From positions 327,749 to 391,748 of the forward strand of contig CAVPTO010000003.1 in NCBI GenBank assembly GCA_963708675.1: 64,000 nucleotides of DNA. The letters run 5' to 3'. Both the position numbers and the translations under genes were made by a program. The DNA is from an uncultured Planctomycetota bacterium. Lineage in GTDB: Bacteria > Planctomycetota > Planctomycetia > Pirellulales > PNKZ01. The notes under the pieces were generated by a model. It ran no database searches, was not told where the DNA came from, and saw only the letters and a list, made by a program, of their open reading frames with translations. Positions 41,709 to 53,501 of the stretch are shown here, piece after piece; the stretch's first letter is position 1, and every line of letters begins with the position of its first letter.

Positions 41709-43067
41709 TTAGCGCGTCTGCGAGGTCTTCTGCGAGACGGTCAGATGGCCGTACAGCGTCTCGCTGCCGCGGAGGATGTAGAACTTCAGCGGATCGAGCT
41801 GCGCGAAGTCGGGGCGGCCGAGGATGAACGTCACGTTTTCGAGCGTGATCGTTTCCCACACGTGCATGCCGACCAGCACGTCGCCGCGGCGAATGCCTTG
41901 CCGCGAGGCGGGGCTGTCGGGCCGCACGTCGAGCACCTGCAGGCCGCCGCGGTAGCTGGTGCGTTGTTGCTGAAGTTGGCGAGCTTGGATGGGCTCGAGC
42001 CGCATGCCAAGCACATCCCAAATCGCGTCGTCGCCGGCAAACTTTTCGCCCGACGGAACCTTGGCGAGCGTCAGGTTCGTTGTGACCGATCGTTGGTTGC
42101 GACGCAGCGTGACTTCGACCGCTTGGCCGAAGTTGCGTCCCAGGAAGGCTCGCTCGACGTCAAGAGGCCGGTTGACCGTCTGACCACCGATGGCGGTGAT
42201 AACGTCGCCAGCCTGCACTCCGCAGCTCGATGCCGGGCTGTCATCCTCGACGGTCAACACGGTGACGCTGTGCGGATCGCTGGCGTGCGCCTGCATGCCG
42301 TGCCACGTCTTGTCGAGGCGTCGCGTGCTCAGCAGCTCGGCGGCGATGTCGACCACCTTGTCGGCGGGAATCGCAAAGCCAATGCCTTGCGCCCCAGCAC
42401 GCACGGCAACGTTCAGGCCGATCATGTCGCCGTCGATATTGAGCAGCGGTCCGCCAGAGTTGCCTGGGTTGATGCTGGCGTCGGTTTGAATCAGGTCGTC
42501 GTACTGCTGGGCATCGCTGACCTGCACGCTGCGGTGCAGTGCACTGATGATGCCGCGCGTGACCGTGTGCTCGTAACCGTAGGCGTTGCCGACGGCGATC
42601 ACGGTCTCGCCCGGCATCAGGTCGCTGGACGTGCCGATCGAGATGACCGGGAAGTCCTGCTCGGCATCGATCTTGATGATCGCCAGGTCGGTCTTGGCGT
42701 CGCGAGAGATCAGCCGGGCGACGTAACTGTCGCGGGCGGCCGTGGTGACCATGATCTTCTTCACGCCATCGACGACGTGGTGATTGGTGAGAATGTAGCC
42801 ACGCTCGTCGACGAACATGCCAGTGCCCATGCCGTTGACGCGACGCTTGGCATCGCCGCTGCGGGCGTCGGTGGCGTCGACCATCTTCTCGCCGTGAATG
42901 TTCACGATCGACGCCCGGGCACGCTCGACGGCTTGCACGATGGCCGAGCGCCGAGACTCCGATGCCTGCGCCATCGCGCGCGGCACGCTCGACACCATCG
43001 CGATCGTTAAACCGGCAAGGATCAGCCAGGTGCGGCAGTCCCAGAGGCGCTCCGGTCGCTTTGGCAT
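41709..43067 (-). CDS. HtrA/DegP-family serine protease with two PDZ domains
   Basis: TNHHVV, DLAIIKI, QTDASINPGNSGGPL, two PDZ-like domains, signal peptide. Confidence 0.93.
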   Translation of the reverse strand: MPKRPERLWDCRTWLILAGLTIAMVSSVPRAMAQASESRRSAIVQAVERARASIVNIHGEKMVDATDARSGDAKRRVNGMGTGMFVDERGYILTNHHVVDGVKKIMVTTAARDSYVARLISRDAKTDLAIIKIDAEQDFPVISIGTSSDLMPGETVIAVGNAYGYEHTVTRGIISALHRSVQVSDAQQYDDLIQTDASINPGNSGGPLLNIDGDMIGLNVAVRAGAQGIGFAIPADKVVDIAAELLSTRRLDKTWHGMQAHASDPHSVTVLTVEDDSPASSCGVQAGDVITAIGGQTVNRPLDVERAFLGRNFGQAVEVTLRRNQRSVTTNLTLAKVPSGEKFAGDDAIWDVLGMRLEPIQARQLQQQRTSYRGGLQVLDVRPDSPASRQGIRRGDVLVGMHVWETITLENVTFILGRPDFAQLDPLKFYILRGSETLYGHLTVSQKTSQTR

Positions 43068-43379
43068 GATGGACTCTACGGCGGACGATTCAGTGGTGGC
43101 CGTGGACGACCCGCGTGCAGATTATCGCGACTGCGCAAACCGCAAGCGGCGACGGACTAAACTGTTCATCGGCCCCTCCGTCGAACCCCTTCAGCAGTCA
43201 CGTCGGAACCTGCAAACTACGCCTAGCTTGACAGCGCCCCGCGACCGAGGCCTCAAAGGCTTCCTGCCTTACGGCATCACAAGTGCTTGCTTGGCAGCAG
43301 GAGCTAGCGACGATGGCTGGTCGATTGACCATTTTCGCACGGCTCCCTAGAATCCGAGGCCTTGAAGCCATCGATACTT

Positions 43380-44444
43380 ATGGACGAAGCTCCGATCGCC
43401 GCTCCAGCCGCCACCACGACGCCGAAGTCCGAAACCCCGCCAACGGGGCCGCTTTTGCAGGTCGACGAGCTGCGAACTTATTTTCATACCGAGCAAGGGC
43501 TCGCCCGTGCTGTCGATGGCATCACGCTCACCGTCGAGCGCGGCAAGACGCTGGCCGTCGTTGGCGAGAGCGGCTCGGGCAAGACCGTCACGTCGCTCAG
43601 CATTTTGCGGCTGATCCCAATCCCGCCCGGCGAGATCGCGGGGGGACGCATCCTGTTCGAAGGCCGCGACCTGCTCGAGATGGACGCCGAGGAGCTGCAG
43701 CAGATCCGTGGCGGCGATATCGCCATGATCTTCCAAGAGCCAGCGACGAGCTTGAACCCGGTCTTCACCATCGGCGACCAGATCGCTGAGGCCATCCGCT
43801 TGCATCGCGATGATGTCGCCGCCAGCGAGGTTCGCGGCGAGGTGCTGAAAGCACTGAGTGAAGTTCGCATGAGCGAGCCAGAGCGGCGCATCGACCAATA
43901 CCCGCACGAGCTATCAGGTGGCATGAAGCAGCGGGCCATGATCGCGATGGCGTTGTCGTGCAAGCCGAAGCTGCTGATCGCCGACGAGCCGACGACCGCA
44001 CTCGACGTGACGATCCAGGCCCGCATCCTCGACCTGCTTCGCAAGAGCCAGAGCGAGCACGGCATGGCCATTCTGCTCATCACGCACGACCTCGGTGTCG
44101 TCGCCGAGATGGCCGACGATGTAGCCGTGATGTACGCCGGCAAGGTGGCCGAAAAGACGTCGGTGCAAGCGTTGTTCAGCAAGCCGTTGCATCCTTACAC
44201 GCGTGGGCTGTTCAGCAGTCTGGTGCGCATCGATCGTCGCGAGCAGCGCCTGCAAACGATCGAAGGCAACGTCCCATCGCCAACGAATTTCCCGACTGGC
44301 TGTCGCTTTCGCACGCGCTGCCCGATGGCAGCCGAGAAGTGCGTCGAAGAGCCACCTTTGGCCGAGATCGAGCCCGGCCACTGGTCGGCCTGTTGGTTCG
44401 CCAAGGATCTCGCAAAAGAACCGTCCCGGAACAACTCCGTTTAG
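43380..44444 (+). CDS. oppD: oligopeptide/dipeptide ABC transporter ATPase (OppD/DppD)
   Basis: [39 protein letters not shown]. Confidence 0.9.
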   Translation: MDEAPIAAPAATTTPKSETPPTGPLLQVDELRTYFHTEQGLARAVDGITLTVERGKTLAVVGESGSGKTVTSLSILRLIPIPPGEIAGGRILFEGRDLLEMDAEELQQIRGGDIAMIFQEPATSLNPVFTIGDQIAEAIRLHRDDVAASEVRGEVLKALSEVRMSEPERRIDQYPHELSGGMKQRAMIAMALSCKPKLLIADEPTTALDVTIQARILDLLRKSQSEHGMAILLITHDLGVVAEMADDVAVMYAGKVAEKTSVQALFSKPLHPYTRGLFSSLVRIDRREQRLQTIEGNVPSPTNFPTGCRFRTRCPMAAEKCVEEPPLAEIEPGHWSACWFAKDLAKEPSRNNSV

Positions 44445-44470
44445 CCGGCTCGCTTGCGAGCCGTGTGTGA

Positions 44471-45532
44471 ATGATGTCTACCGCCCCCGCCAAAGCGCCC
44501 AAGGAAGCAAAGGCCTACGACGGCCCGTTGCTCGAGGTTCGCGACCTGGCCAAGTGGTTCCCCGTCCGCGGAGGCCTGTTCTCACGCGTTCGCCAACACG
44601 TGAGGGCTGTCGATGGCGTGAGCTTCACGCTCGCTCGCAGTAAAACACTGGGCCTGGTTGGCGAGAGCGGCTGCGGCAAAACCACCGTCGGACGCACGAT
44701 CCTGCGGCTCATTCACGCCACCGCTGGGCAGGTGTTGTTCGAAGGTCAAAGCGTATTCGATTTGCCTCGCGCCCAGATGCGTGCCCTGCGTCGTCGTATG
44801 CAGATCATCTTCCAGGATCCTTACGGATCGCTGAACCCGCGCATGACCGTCGGCGGCACGATCGGCGAACCGCTGATCATTCACGGCGTCGCGCGTGGAC
44901 GAAAGATGCGAGAGCGCGTCGCTCAGTTGCTCGAGCAAGTCGGCCTCAACCCCGAGGCCATGAGCCGTTATCCGCACGAGTTTTCAGGCGGGCAGCGACA
45001 GCGCATCGGCATCGCTCGAGCGCTAGCGCTCAACCCGGCATTCATCGTCTGCGATGAACCAACCAGTGCACTCGACGTTTCGATTCGCGCGCAGGTGATC
45101 AATCTGCTCGGCGATCTGCAAGAAAAGTACGGCATCGCGTATTTGATGATCAGCCACGACCTGGCGGCCGTGCGTCACGTGAGTCACGAAGTCGCCGTGA
45201 TGTATCTGGGCCGCATTGTCGAGCAGGCTGACACCGAGACTTTGTTCAACGACCCGCGACACCCGTACACACGCATTCTGCTGGCAGCGATTCCGGTGCC
45301 CGACCCGTCGAAGAAGCGGCCTCGCCTGGTCGCCGTCGATGACGACATTCCCTCGCCGATCAACGTGCCGAGCGGGTGCCCGTTCCATCCGCGTTGCCCG
45401 CTGTACGAGTTGAAGCAGAAGCCCGAGGTCTGCCGACGCGACGTGCCGCCTCTGCAGCCCGTGGGCGGCGACGCCTCGCACATCGCAGCCTGCCACTTCG
45501 CCGAAGAGAGCCAAGCGCTCACAGGCGCGTGA
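44471..45532 (+). CDS. oppF: oligopeptide/dipeptide ABC transporter ATPase (OppF/DppF)
   Basis: [48 protein letters not shown]. Confidence 0.9.
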   Translation: MMSTAPAKAPKEAKAYDGPLLEVRDLAKWFPVRGGLFSRVRQHVRAVDGVSFTLARSKTLGLVGESGCGKTTVGRTILRLIHATAGQVLFEGQSVFDLPRAQMRALRRRMQIIFQDPYGSLNPRMTVGGTIGEPLIIHGVARGRKMRERVAQLLEQVGLNPEAMSRYPHEFSGGQRQRIGIARALALNPAFIVCDEPTSALDVSIRAQVINLLGDLQEKYGIAYLMISHDLAAVRHVSHEVAVMYLGRIVEQADTETLFNDPRHPYTRILLAAIPVPDPSKKRPRLVAVDDDIPSPINVPSGCPFHPRCPLYELKQKPEVCRRDVPPLQPVGGDASHIAACHFAEESQALTGA

Positions 45533-45586
45533 CGGCGATGCTGCAAATTCGTCGCGCCTCAAGCGCACGGACTGCCGTCCGTGGGT

Positions 45587-46711
45587 TCAGGGCCGTGTCT
45601 TCACCGGGAACACCAACCTCAACAGCTGCAGCCCCAAAAAAGCCACAAGCACCACCAACAACACAATCGGCCAAAAGCTAAATCGCGGCCCGCCGCCAAC
45701 AATCGTCGCCAGAACCAGCACGCCGAGCACCAGCACGAGGACTAAACACCCTCCGGCGGCCATCATCCCCTTGAACGTGGTGTCCTCGGTTTGCTCCTCG
45801 AAGTGCAGATCAATTGTTCGCCCGCGAGCAAGGCTTCGCTCGATCGCGTCCGCAAGCTCCATATCGCGGCACGCGTCGAGCCAAGTCGGCGAAGTCGTCT
45901 GACCTGCACGCGCGGCAATCAGCTCTTCGATGCCCTCCGCAGCCGGGTCAAAGTTCTCGAAGGTTTCTTCCGTCACGCGATCGCCGCTTCGCAACTCAAG
46001 GTTCCAACCACTCATGTCGTTGCTCATCGGCAGCGTGACGGCGCCGCGACGCCCGATCAGAGTCATTCGCCCGGTTGAGGCTGGGAGAGATCCGATCGAC
46101 CATCGTGCCAAGATGCCTGGTGACCCGGACATCTGCACGCTCAAGCTCGCGAGGTCGGCCTCGTTGTTCGTCCCGCCGGGCGTCATCGCGCCCAGCTTGT
46201 TGAGATCGCCGACGATGGCACGCATGACACTCACGTCGCGTATGAACGCCGCGACAATGTCGGCCTTGCGTTGTGAATCGACGGCGCGTTCGACCACGAG
46301 CTGCTGGGGCGGCCCGATCGGCGAGTTTTCTCCCTCGGCGACGATTTCGGCTAGGCGCTCGACGGCGGGATGCCAACGCGCGGCCACATAGGGAACAATC
46401 CGGCAACCGCTATCCTGACGAATCATGTCGAGCTCGTAGTAAACGAGCATCGAGTTCATGACCGGGTGCGCCACCAACAGCGGCAACTCCGACTGGATCA
46501 ACACTCGCAACTGTTCGGTTCGAGCATCCTCGCGGCCGGGCGTTGCTCGCGCAACGATGACCGCATCGGCGTTGCCGTCGACGAGAAGCGGTTGCCAATT
46601 CCCCTGCTCTTCGAACTGCTGATCAATGGCCGTCACCTGGTGGCCTGCCGCGACCGCCGCCGCCACCAGCGACGGCGTATCGTCATCGACACCAAGCAGT
46701 GCGATCTTCAT
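45587..46711 (-). CDS. degenerate Gfo/Idh/MocA-like protein with two C-terminal TMs
   Basis: MKIALLG Rossmann-like start, 'RWHPA', 'ELADAIERSLARGRTI', C-terminal hydrophobic hairpin. Confidence 0.6.
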   Translation of the reverse strand: MKIALLGVDDDTPSLVAAAVAAGHQVTAIDQQFEEQGNWQPLLVDGNADAVIVARATPGREDARTEQLRVLIQSELPLLVAHPVMNSMLVYYELDMIRQDSGCRIVPYVAARWHPAVERLAEIVAEGENSPIGPPQQLVVERAVDSQRKADIVAAFIRDVSVMRAIVGDLNKLGAMTPGGTNNEADLASLSVQMSGSPGILARWSIGSLPASTGRMTLIGRRGAVTLPMSNDMSGWNLELRSGDRVTEETFENFDPAAEGIEELIAARAGQTTSPTWLDACRDMELADAIERSLARGRTIDLHFEEQTEDTTFKGMMAAGGCLVLVLVLGVLVLATIVGGGPRFSFWPIVLLVVLVAFLGLQLLRLVFPVKTRP

Positions 46712-46731
46712 GGCGCGGCCTGTTGTCGAGA

Positions 46732-47508
46732 TCAGAGACGGCGAATGTGGAAACCACCATCGACGTTGATCCGGTCGCCCGTCGAAAAGGCGAAGTCGCC
46801 ACGCACCAGCGAGACGACCGCACGTGCGACATCCTCGGGCTGCCCCCAGCGACGAATGGGCGACATTCCGTCAGCGATCATCCGGTCGTACTTCTTGCGC
46901 ACGGGGCCGGTCATGTCGGTCTCGATGACGCCGGGACATACTTCGTACACGCGGATGCCGGCATCGGCGAGGCGCTCGGCGAAGAGCCACGTCATCATTT
47001 GCATCGCCGCCTTCGTGAGGCAGTAATCGGCCCGGTTGCTGCTGACCGCCTGACCTGAGATCGACGAGACGTTGACGATCGTTCCGTAAGCGATCTTCTG
47101 CTCGTCGAGCAGCTGCAGCATTTCGCGAGCGGCCCGCTGCGACAGAAAGAAGGGCCCCTTCAAGTTAGTTGCGAAGACCTGGTCCCAGCTTTCCTCGGTG
47201 GCTTCGAGGATGTCGCGGCGACCGGGCGAGGTGATGCCGGCATTGTTCACGAGAGTATCGAGCCGGCCGAACTCGTCGAACGCCCGGTGAATCATGCCCC
47301 GACGATCGGCGTCGAGCCCGACATCGCCAGCGGCCGCGATTGCCAAGCCGCCAGCCTTGCGAATCTGTGCGACAACCTCTTCGGCCGCCTCGGCGCTGCG
47401 GGCATAGTTCACAACGACCGCGTGCCCCGCCTTGGCCAACTCGATCGAAATCGCCCGGCCGATGCCGCGCGAACCTCCGGTGACGAGTGCGACGGGTTGA
47501 TCGATCAT
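46732..47508 (-). CDS. 3-ketoacyl-ACP reductase-like SDR
   Basis: [35 protein letters not shown]. Confidence 0.9.
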   Translation of the reverse strand: MIDQPVALVTGGSRGIGRAISIELAKAGHAVVVNYARSAEAAEEVVAQIRKAGGLAIAAAGDVGLDADRRGMIHRAFDEFGRLDTLVNNAGITSPGRRDILEATEESWDQVFATNLKGPFFLSQRAAREMLQLLDEQKIAYGTIVNVSSISGQAVSSNRADYCLTKAAMQMMTWLFAERLADAGIRVYEVCPGVIETDMTGPVRKKYDRMIADGMSPIRRWGQPEDVARAVVSLVRGDFAFSTGDRINVDGGFHIRRL

Positions 47509-47612
47509 GGGTTGCACGATGAGGTGTCGAGGCCAGCGACGAGCGGCCATCTTAATCTCCGATCCGCCGGTCGTCAGTAAGCGATCGGCCGTCGCTCTGC
47601 TAAACTGGGCCT

Positions 47613-48797
47613 ATGCGAGCGGAAATCATCTCGATCGGCGACGAAATGACCAGCGGCCAGCGCGTCGACACCAACAGCGCCTGGCTGAGTCAACGGTTAG
47701 GCGAACTCGGCGTGACGGTGGTCGCTCATGCGACGGTCGCCGACGACTTGGCCGCGAACATCGAAATCTTCCGCCAGGCCGTCGAGCGTGCCGATGTCGT
47801 CATCTCCACGGGTGGCTTGGGTCCGACGGCCGACGACCTTACGCGCGAAGCGCTGGCGCAGCTGACGGGTGCTCCGTTGGTTCTCGACGAAGAGCAACTC
47901 GGGCACATTCGCGCGCTATTCGCTCGCCGCAAACGTCCGATGCCGGAACGCAACGTGGTTCAGGCGATGTTCCCAACCGGCAGTCGACCAATCTTCAATC
48001 CCAACGGTACAGCGCCGGGCGTGGCCGTTTCGGTCAATCGTGACTCTGGCGGCATGGCGCACGTGTTTGCGTTGCCCGGCGTCCCTGCCGAGATGTTCGA
48101 GATGTACGAAGCCTCGGTTAAACCTGCGCTGATCGAACTCGGCGCGGGCAAAACGGTGATTGTCCATCGACGCATCAAATGTTTCGGACTCGGCGAGAGC
48201 GACGTCGAGCAAAAGCTGCCCGACATCATTCGCCGCGGTCGCGTGCCGCAAGTTGGCATCACCGTCAGCGAGGCGACGATCACCCTTCGCATTACAGCCG
48301 AAGGTGCAAGCCGCGAAGAGTGCGAGACGTCGATGCAACCCACGATCGACACCATCCACGAATGTCTCGGCACTTTGGTCTTCGGCGAAGAAGACGACGA
48401 ATTGCCGGACGTCGTTCTTCGCATGCTGCGCGAGCGTGGCCAAACGCTCGCCACTTGCGAATGGACCACTCAAGGGACACTCGCCACCTGGCTAGCCGAG
48501 GCGGCGAACGATTCGACTTACGTCGGTGGCGAGGTCAGGACGGGCGATGCACCTGAGATCGAGGTGGCTGCGACAGAAAGTCGATCGCGATACGGCGTCG
48601 ACTTCGCTTTGGCCATTGGGCCGGCGCCGCAGGCCGCCGCCGCGACTGAAGTGCCTATGGCCTTAGCCACCGCCGAGGGCGTGATTTCCAAGGCCGCGTC
48701 GCTCGCCGGGCATCCGTCGATTTTGAAGCCGCGAACTGCCAAGCAAGCGTTGAACTTGCTTCGGCTGCACCTGTTGAGGCACCCACCTCCGGGCTAA
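47613..48797 (+). CDS. cinA: competence/damage-inducible protein A (MoCF domain + degenerate PncC domain)
   Basis: IGDE..SG..VDTN, GGLGPT.DDLT, N..QA..P, GTAPG, LPGVP.EM. Confidence 0.85.
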   Translation: MRAEIISIGDEMTSGQRVDTNSAWLSQRLGELGVTVVAHATVADDLAANIEIFRQAVERADVVISTGGLGPTADDLTREALAQLTGAPLVLDEEQLGHIRALFARRKRPMPERNVVQAMFPTGSRPIFNPNGTAPGVAVSVNRDSGGMAHVFALPGVPAEMFEMYEASVKPALIELGAGKTVIVHRRIKCFGLGESDVEQKLPDIIRRGRVPQVGITVSEATITLRITAEGASREECETSMQPTIDTIHECLGTLVFGEEDDELPDVVLRMLRERGQTLATCEWTTQGTLATWLAEAANDSTYVGGEVRTGDAPEIEVAATESRSRYGVDFALAIGPAPQAAAATEVPMALATAEGVISKAASLAGHPSILKPRTAKQALNLLRLHLLRHPPPG

Positions 48798-49035
48798 CGC
48801 CTTCGTAACGACGAATCCGCCCCCAGGCGAACTGCAAAGTCGAGGGTTATTCACGCAAGTGCCGCCGCGAAGAGGCAAGCCTTTGCCATCGTTGTTCGAG
48901 CTACGGCGATTCTCGTCGACTTTGCAGTCCTCCCGGAACCCGCCCAGCGATTCGTTGAAGCCGTCAAGCGCCGACGACTAGAATGGAAGGTGGTAGTTCC
49001 CACCTTGCGCCGTTTCTCGCGCGCGGAGGCCGGCT

Positions 49036-52000
49036 TTGAGTCGAACGGAAAGCTCGTCCGAAACACGCAGCGAATTCCCGCATTCGATTCTGCTGAAGCT
49101 GACGGTCTTCGTCGCGGTGCTCGTCGTGCTCACCGCCTGCATCCTGGGCGGCGTCGGATACAAGTTCACGCGCGACGTGGTTGTCGACCAGATTCGCGAC
49201 CGCTTGAACGTGGTCGCGGCAAGTCGTCAGGCCGCCGTGCTGAACTTCATCCAGCAGCACCGTGAGCGTGCGCAGTACCTCGCCAGCCGCACGCGCGTTC
49301 GTGGGATCACCGTCTCAACGCGCCCGCGACGTGCCGAGGCAAACTCTGAGACGGAGCTCCAAAACTGGCTCGAAGAACTTCCCGAAAGCCTGCCGCAGTA
49401 CCGCATGATCATGATCGCCGACCTGCAAGGGAAGGTTCTTGCGTCGTCGCAACGGCCCAAAATCGGCACGAATGTCGCCGACCTCGCCATCTTCGAAGAG
49501 GGAAAGCAGACCTCGTCGTTGGCGTTTCCGACAACCGATGGCAATTCTTATCAAGCGTGGCTTGCGGCGCCGATCCGTCAGCGCGACGGCCAAACGACGG
49601 GCGTTGTCGTGGTGGAACTCGACGCCGATCCGCTCGCTCAAATCATTAGCGACGCGAATCAGCTTGAAGAAACCGGTCGTGTCATTCTCGCCATGCGACA
49701 CGACAACGCGCTCAACTACCTGATGAACGAGGGCGCGTTCGACGTCGACGCAACTCGCGCACCGGCAACCGACCGAGCAACTCACGGCGAACAAGGCTTC
49801 ATGGCAACGAACGATTACCGAGGCGTGCCGATCCTGGCGGCGTATACGCCGGTCGGTTATCGCGACTGGGCCATCGTTGCGAAGATGGATGCGGCCGAGG
49901 CGTATCACCCCGTCGATCGGTTGCGTCGTGTGCTGAGTGCCCTGCTGGTTGGCGTGCTCATGGCGGGTGTCGTCGTCTCGTACTTGCTGGCCCGCCGATT
50001 CACGCAGCCCATCGTCGCACTCGCACACGCGACCAACGCCGTCGCCACGGGAGCGCTTTCAACGCGCGTCGCGGTCAAATCGGCCGACGAGTTTGGCGCC
50101 TTGGCGACTGCATTCAACCGCATGACTGAAGAACTCGCGGCGTCCTACGCGCTTCTCGAACAGCGTGTCGCCCAGCGAACAACGGAGCTCACGCGTGCCG
50201 AGGCTCGATACACGCTGCTGGTCAATAGTCTGCCGTTGACGATGTGGAATAAGGATCTCGAAGGGCGGTTCACGTTCGCCAATCACCGGAGCGTCGCCGC
50301 CAAGCAAACGACGCTCGACCAGGTGCTGGGCAAGACCGATTTCGACTTCCACCCGATCGAGCTTGCCTCGAAGTACCATCGCGACGATCTGCGCGTCATC
50401 GAAACCGGCGAAGTCTTCCAAGACGTTGAGCGCATACGGCGTGCCGACGGCCACGACGTTTTCATCCAGGTCTTCAAGGCGCCGATTTTTGATGCCGAGG
50501 GGCGCATCTCCGGCACCCAAGGAATGAGCTGGGACATCAGCCTGCTCAAGCGCACCGAAGAGCAACTTCGCCAGGCTCGCGAAGAGGCCGAGGCCGCGAG
50601 TCGTGCGAAAAGCGCCTTTCTGGCCAACATGAGTCACGAGATTCGCACCCCGATGAACGGCATCATCGGCATGGCCGAATTGCTGCTCGACACGCCACTC
50701 TCCAGTGAACAGCGCGCTTATCTCACCATCGTTCGGGAAAGCGCCGAGTCGTTGCTGTCGGTGATTAACGATGTCCTCGACTTCTCGAAGATCGAGGCCG
50801 GTCGATTGGCGCTCGACGTGCAGTCGCTGCGTCTGCGCGAGACGCTGTGCGACCTGATGAAACTGCTCGGCGTTCGCTTGCAGACGCCGAACATCGAGTT
50901 GGCGTACTACGTTCATGCCGATGTGCCCGACGCGCTCGAAGGCGACCTCGGCCGCCTGCGGCAAGTGCTGATGAACCTGTTGGGCAACGCGATCAAATTC
51001 ACCGAGCGCGGCGAAATCGTCGTCGAGGTGACGCAAGAATCCCTCACCGAGTCGGACGTCCTTTTGCACTTTGCCGTTCGCGACACCGGCATCGGCATCG
51101 AGGCCGACAAGCAGCAACCCATCTTCAGACCGTTCGAACAGGCGGATAGTTCGACAACGCGCAAGTATGGCGGCACGGGCTTAGGCCTCAGCATCTCGAG
51201 CAAGTTGGTCGAGCTGATGGGCGGCGACATGTGGGTCGAAAGCCAGCTCGGCAGCGGCAGCGTGTTCCACTTCACGGCGCGGTTTCGATGCCTCGAACCT
51301 TGCGATGCGACGCAAGAACCCGTGGTCGATGCCGAGCAATTGTCGGTGCTCGTCGTCGAAGACCATCCGACGCAGCAACTCGTAATGCGCGAGATGTTCG
51401 AGCGGTGGCGAATTCGCGCAATCGTGGTTGGGTCGGCCGATGAGGCGCTCGACGCTTTTCGAAGCGAGGAGGAGTTCGATTTTTGTCTCATCGACGCGCA
51501 TCTCGACGGATGTAATGGCTTCGCATTGGCGCAAGAACTTGAACGTCGCGGCCAGTCGGCAAACGGGTTGATCATGCTGCTTGTGCCCGGATCGCAGTTG
51601 GCCGACCTCGCAAAATGCCGCGAGCTTGAGTTGCCGAATTATCTCGTCAAGCCGGTCAAGGCGTCGGAGCTTTTCGACCTGATGGCGACTCGCATGAACG
51701 GCGTTCAACGCGACGTCGGCGAATCGACGAATGTCATCGTCCCCATCTCCAGCCTCCGCATTCTCTTGGTCGAGGACAGCCTCGTGAATCAAACAGTTGC
51801 CATGCGGCTGCTTGAGCGGCGAGGACACACGGTGGTCGTCACGAGTGACGGTCAGCAGGCAGTCGATCGGCTCGAGCGCGAGAGCTTCGACGTTGTGCTG
51901 ATGGATGTGCAGATGCCCGTGCTCGATGGCTTCGCGGCGACGGCAATCATCCGTGAACGCGAAAAGACCACCGGCAAGCATGTGCCGATCATCGCCATGA

Positions 52001-52494
52001 CTGCCCACGCCATGCAGGGCGACCGGCAGCGGTGCCTTGATGCTGGCATGGATGGATACGTCACAAAGCCAGTGCGACCAAACGACCTTTTCGACGCTGT
52101 TGAGAAATGTCGAACGAAACCTGAGCCGACCACGGCCACGGAAAAGCGTGGCGAGTCGGGGGACATCGTCGATTGGCCCGCCGCACTGGCGAGGCTAAAT
52201 GGCGATCGGATCTTGTTAGGAGAGTTGAAGGACGTGCTTCTCACGGAGTGTCCGAAGCTCCGCACGGCGATTCGGCACTCGATCGAACAGCACGATATCG
52301 CGGCACTTCGCCTGGCCGTCCACACGTTGAAAGGGGCGGTCGGAAATTTCGTCGCCAAGCCTGCGTTCGAGGCGGCTTTGCGGTTGGAAACGCTCGCGCG
52401 GAATGGTAGCTTTGACGGCGTTGCGGACGCCCACACGACGCTCGAGTCCGAACTCGAGCGCCTTGTTCCGGCCCTCAGCGCGTTCGAAGTTTGA
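49036..52494 (+). CDS. hybrid sensor histidine kinase (Cache-HAMP-PAS-HisKA-HATPase-REC-REC-Hpt)
   Basis: FLANMSHEIRTPMNG, NLLGNAIKFT, DTGIG, GGTGLGL, MDVQMP..DG, HTLKG. Confidence 0.95.
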   Translation: MSRTESSSETRSEFPHSILLKLTVFVAVLVVLTACILGGVGYKFTRDVVVDQIRDRLNVVAASRQAAVLNFIQQHRERAQYLASRTRVRGITVSTRPRRAEANSETELQNWLEELPESLPQYRMIMIADLQGKVLASSQRPKIGTNVADLAIFEEGKQTSSLAFPTTDGNSYQAWLAAPIRQRDGQTTGVVVVELDADPLAQIISDANQLEETGRVILAMRHDNALNYLMNEGAFDVDATRAPATDRATHGEQGFMATNDYRGVPILAAYTPVGYRDWAIVAKMDAAEAYHPVDRLRRVLSALLVGVLMAGVVVSYLLARRFTQPIVALAHATNAVATGALSTRVAVKSADEFGALATAFNRMTEELAASYALLEQRVAQRTTELTRAEARYTLLVNSLPLTMWNKDLEGRFTFANHRSVAAKQTTLDQVLGKTDFDFHPIELASKYHRDDLRVIETGEVFQDVERIRRADGHDVFIQVFKAPIFDAEGRISGTQGMSWDISLLKRTEEQLRQAREEAEAASRAKSAFLANMSHEIRTPMNGIIGMAELLLDTPLSSEQRAYLTIVRESAESLLSVINDVLDFSKIEAGRLALDVQSLRLRETLCDLMKLLGVRLQTPNIELAYYVHADVPDALEGDLGRLRQVLMNLLGNAIKFTERGEIVVEVTQESLTESDVLLHFAVRDTGIGIEADKQQPIFRPFEQADSSTTRKYGGTGLGLSISSKLVELMGGDMWVESQLGSGSVFHFTARFRCLEPCDATQEPVVDAEQLSVLVVEDHPTQQLVMREMFERWRIRAIVVGSADEALDAFRSEEEFDFCLIDAHLDGCNGFALAQELERRGQSANGLIMLLVPGSQLADLAKCRELELPNYLVKPVKASELFDLMATRMNGVQRDVGESTNVIVPISSLRILLVEDSLVNQTVAMRLLERRGHTVVVTSDGQQAVDRLERESFDVVLMDVQMPVLDGFAATAIIREREKTTGKHVPIIAMTAHAMQGDRQRCLDAGMDGYVTKPVRPNDLFDAVEKCRTKPEPTTATEKRGESGDIVDWPAALARLNGDRILLGELKDVLLTECPKLRTAIRHSIEQHDIAALRLAVHTLKGAVGNFVAKPAFEAALRLETLARNGSFDGVADAHTTLESELERLVPALSAFEV

Positions 52495-52568
52495 GACAGC
52501 GTCGATGGCCCGCGGCAATCGGCCTCGCAACGCCGCATCGCACTTCTTGGTTCTCACAGGATGTATTG

Positions 52569-53459
52569 ATGACGAAGGTGTTGATCGTTGACGACTCGGC
52601 CGTCGACCGTCATTTGGTCGGGCGGTTGCTCACGTCCACCTATCGAGCATCGGTCGCCTACGCGACCGATGGCGTCGAAGCACTCGAAGTCATGGCACGC
52701 GAACAGCCGGACATCGTGCTCACCGACTTGCAGATGCCCAACATGCCGGGCCTCGATCTCGTCGTGGCGATCCGGCAGAAGTATCCGCTGGTGCCGGTCG
52801 TGATCATGACGTCGCAAGGCAGCGAGGAGCTTGCGATCGCCGCGCTGCAAAAAGGCGCCGCCAGCTATCTTTCCAAGTCGCGATTGAGCGATGAGTTGCT
52901 CGAAACGATCGACAGCGTGCTGTCAGTCGCGCGGGCGGACCGTCGCAGTAGCAAACTCCTTGAGTGCCTTTCTGAGACGGAATGGCATTTCGCGTTGGAG
53001 AACGATCCGAGCCTGATCCCGGCACTGGTCGATCAGGTGCGGCAGGACCTCACACGGATGCGATTGTGCGACGACACGTCGCTGACGCGCACCGGCATCG
53101 CGTTGCACGAGACCTTGGCCAACGCTATGCAACACGGCAACCTCGAACTCGCGTCAGAGCTGCGAGAGCGCGATGAAGGTTCCTATCAGCGCTTGCTCGA
53201 CGAGCGACGACGCACGCCACCGTTCAGCGATCGACGCGTGCACGTCCATATCAAGGTGACGCCGCAACAGGCGACCTTTGTGATTCGCGATGAAGGGCCG
53301 GGCTTCGACCCTTCACACCTGCCCGACCCGACCGACCCGGCGAACCTCGAACGCGTCTGCGGACGCGGACTGTTGCTGGTGCGAACGTTCATGGAAGACG
53401 TTCGGCACAACTCGACGGGCAACGAGATCACGATGATCAAACGTCGTGAGCCGCGCTGA
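52569..53459 (+). CDS. response regulator fused to an RsbW-like HATPase_c_2 domain
   Basis: VLIVDD, TDLQMP, YL.K; E.L.NA..HGN, DEG.GF, GRGL.L...FM. Confidence 0.88.
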   Translation: MTKVLIVDDSAVDRHLVGRLLTSTYRASVAYATDGVEALEVMAREQPDIVLTDLQMPNMPGLDLVVAIRQKYPLVPVVIMTSQGSEELAIAALQKGAASYLSKSRLSDELLETIDSVLSVARADRRSSKLLECLSETEWHFALENDPSLIPALVDQVRQDLTRMRLCDDTSLTRTGIALHETLANAMQHGNLELASELRERDEGSYQRLLDERRRTPPFSDRRVHVHIKVTPQQATFVIRDEGPGFDPSHLPDPTDPANLERVCGRGLLLVRTFMEDVRHNSTGNEITMIKRREPR

Positions 53460-53501
53460 AGCGATCGGCACGCGGTGCAATCGTCTAAGTGCACGTTTCG
53501 T

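Noticed and set aside
49036-53459. Hybrid kinase + REC-HATPase pair as unusual signalling
   Set aside because: A common architecture in planctomycetes.
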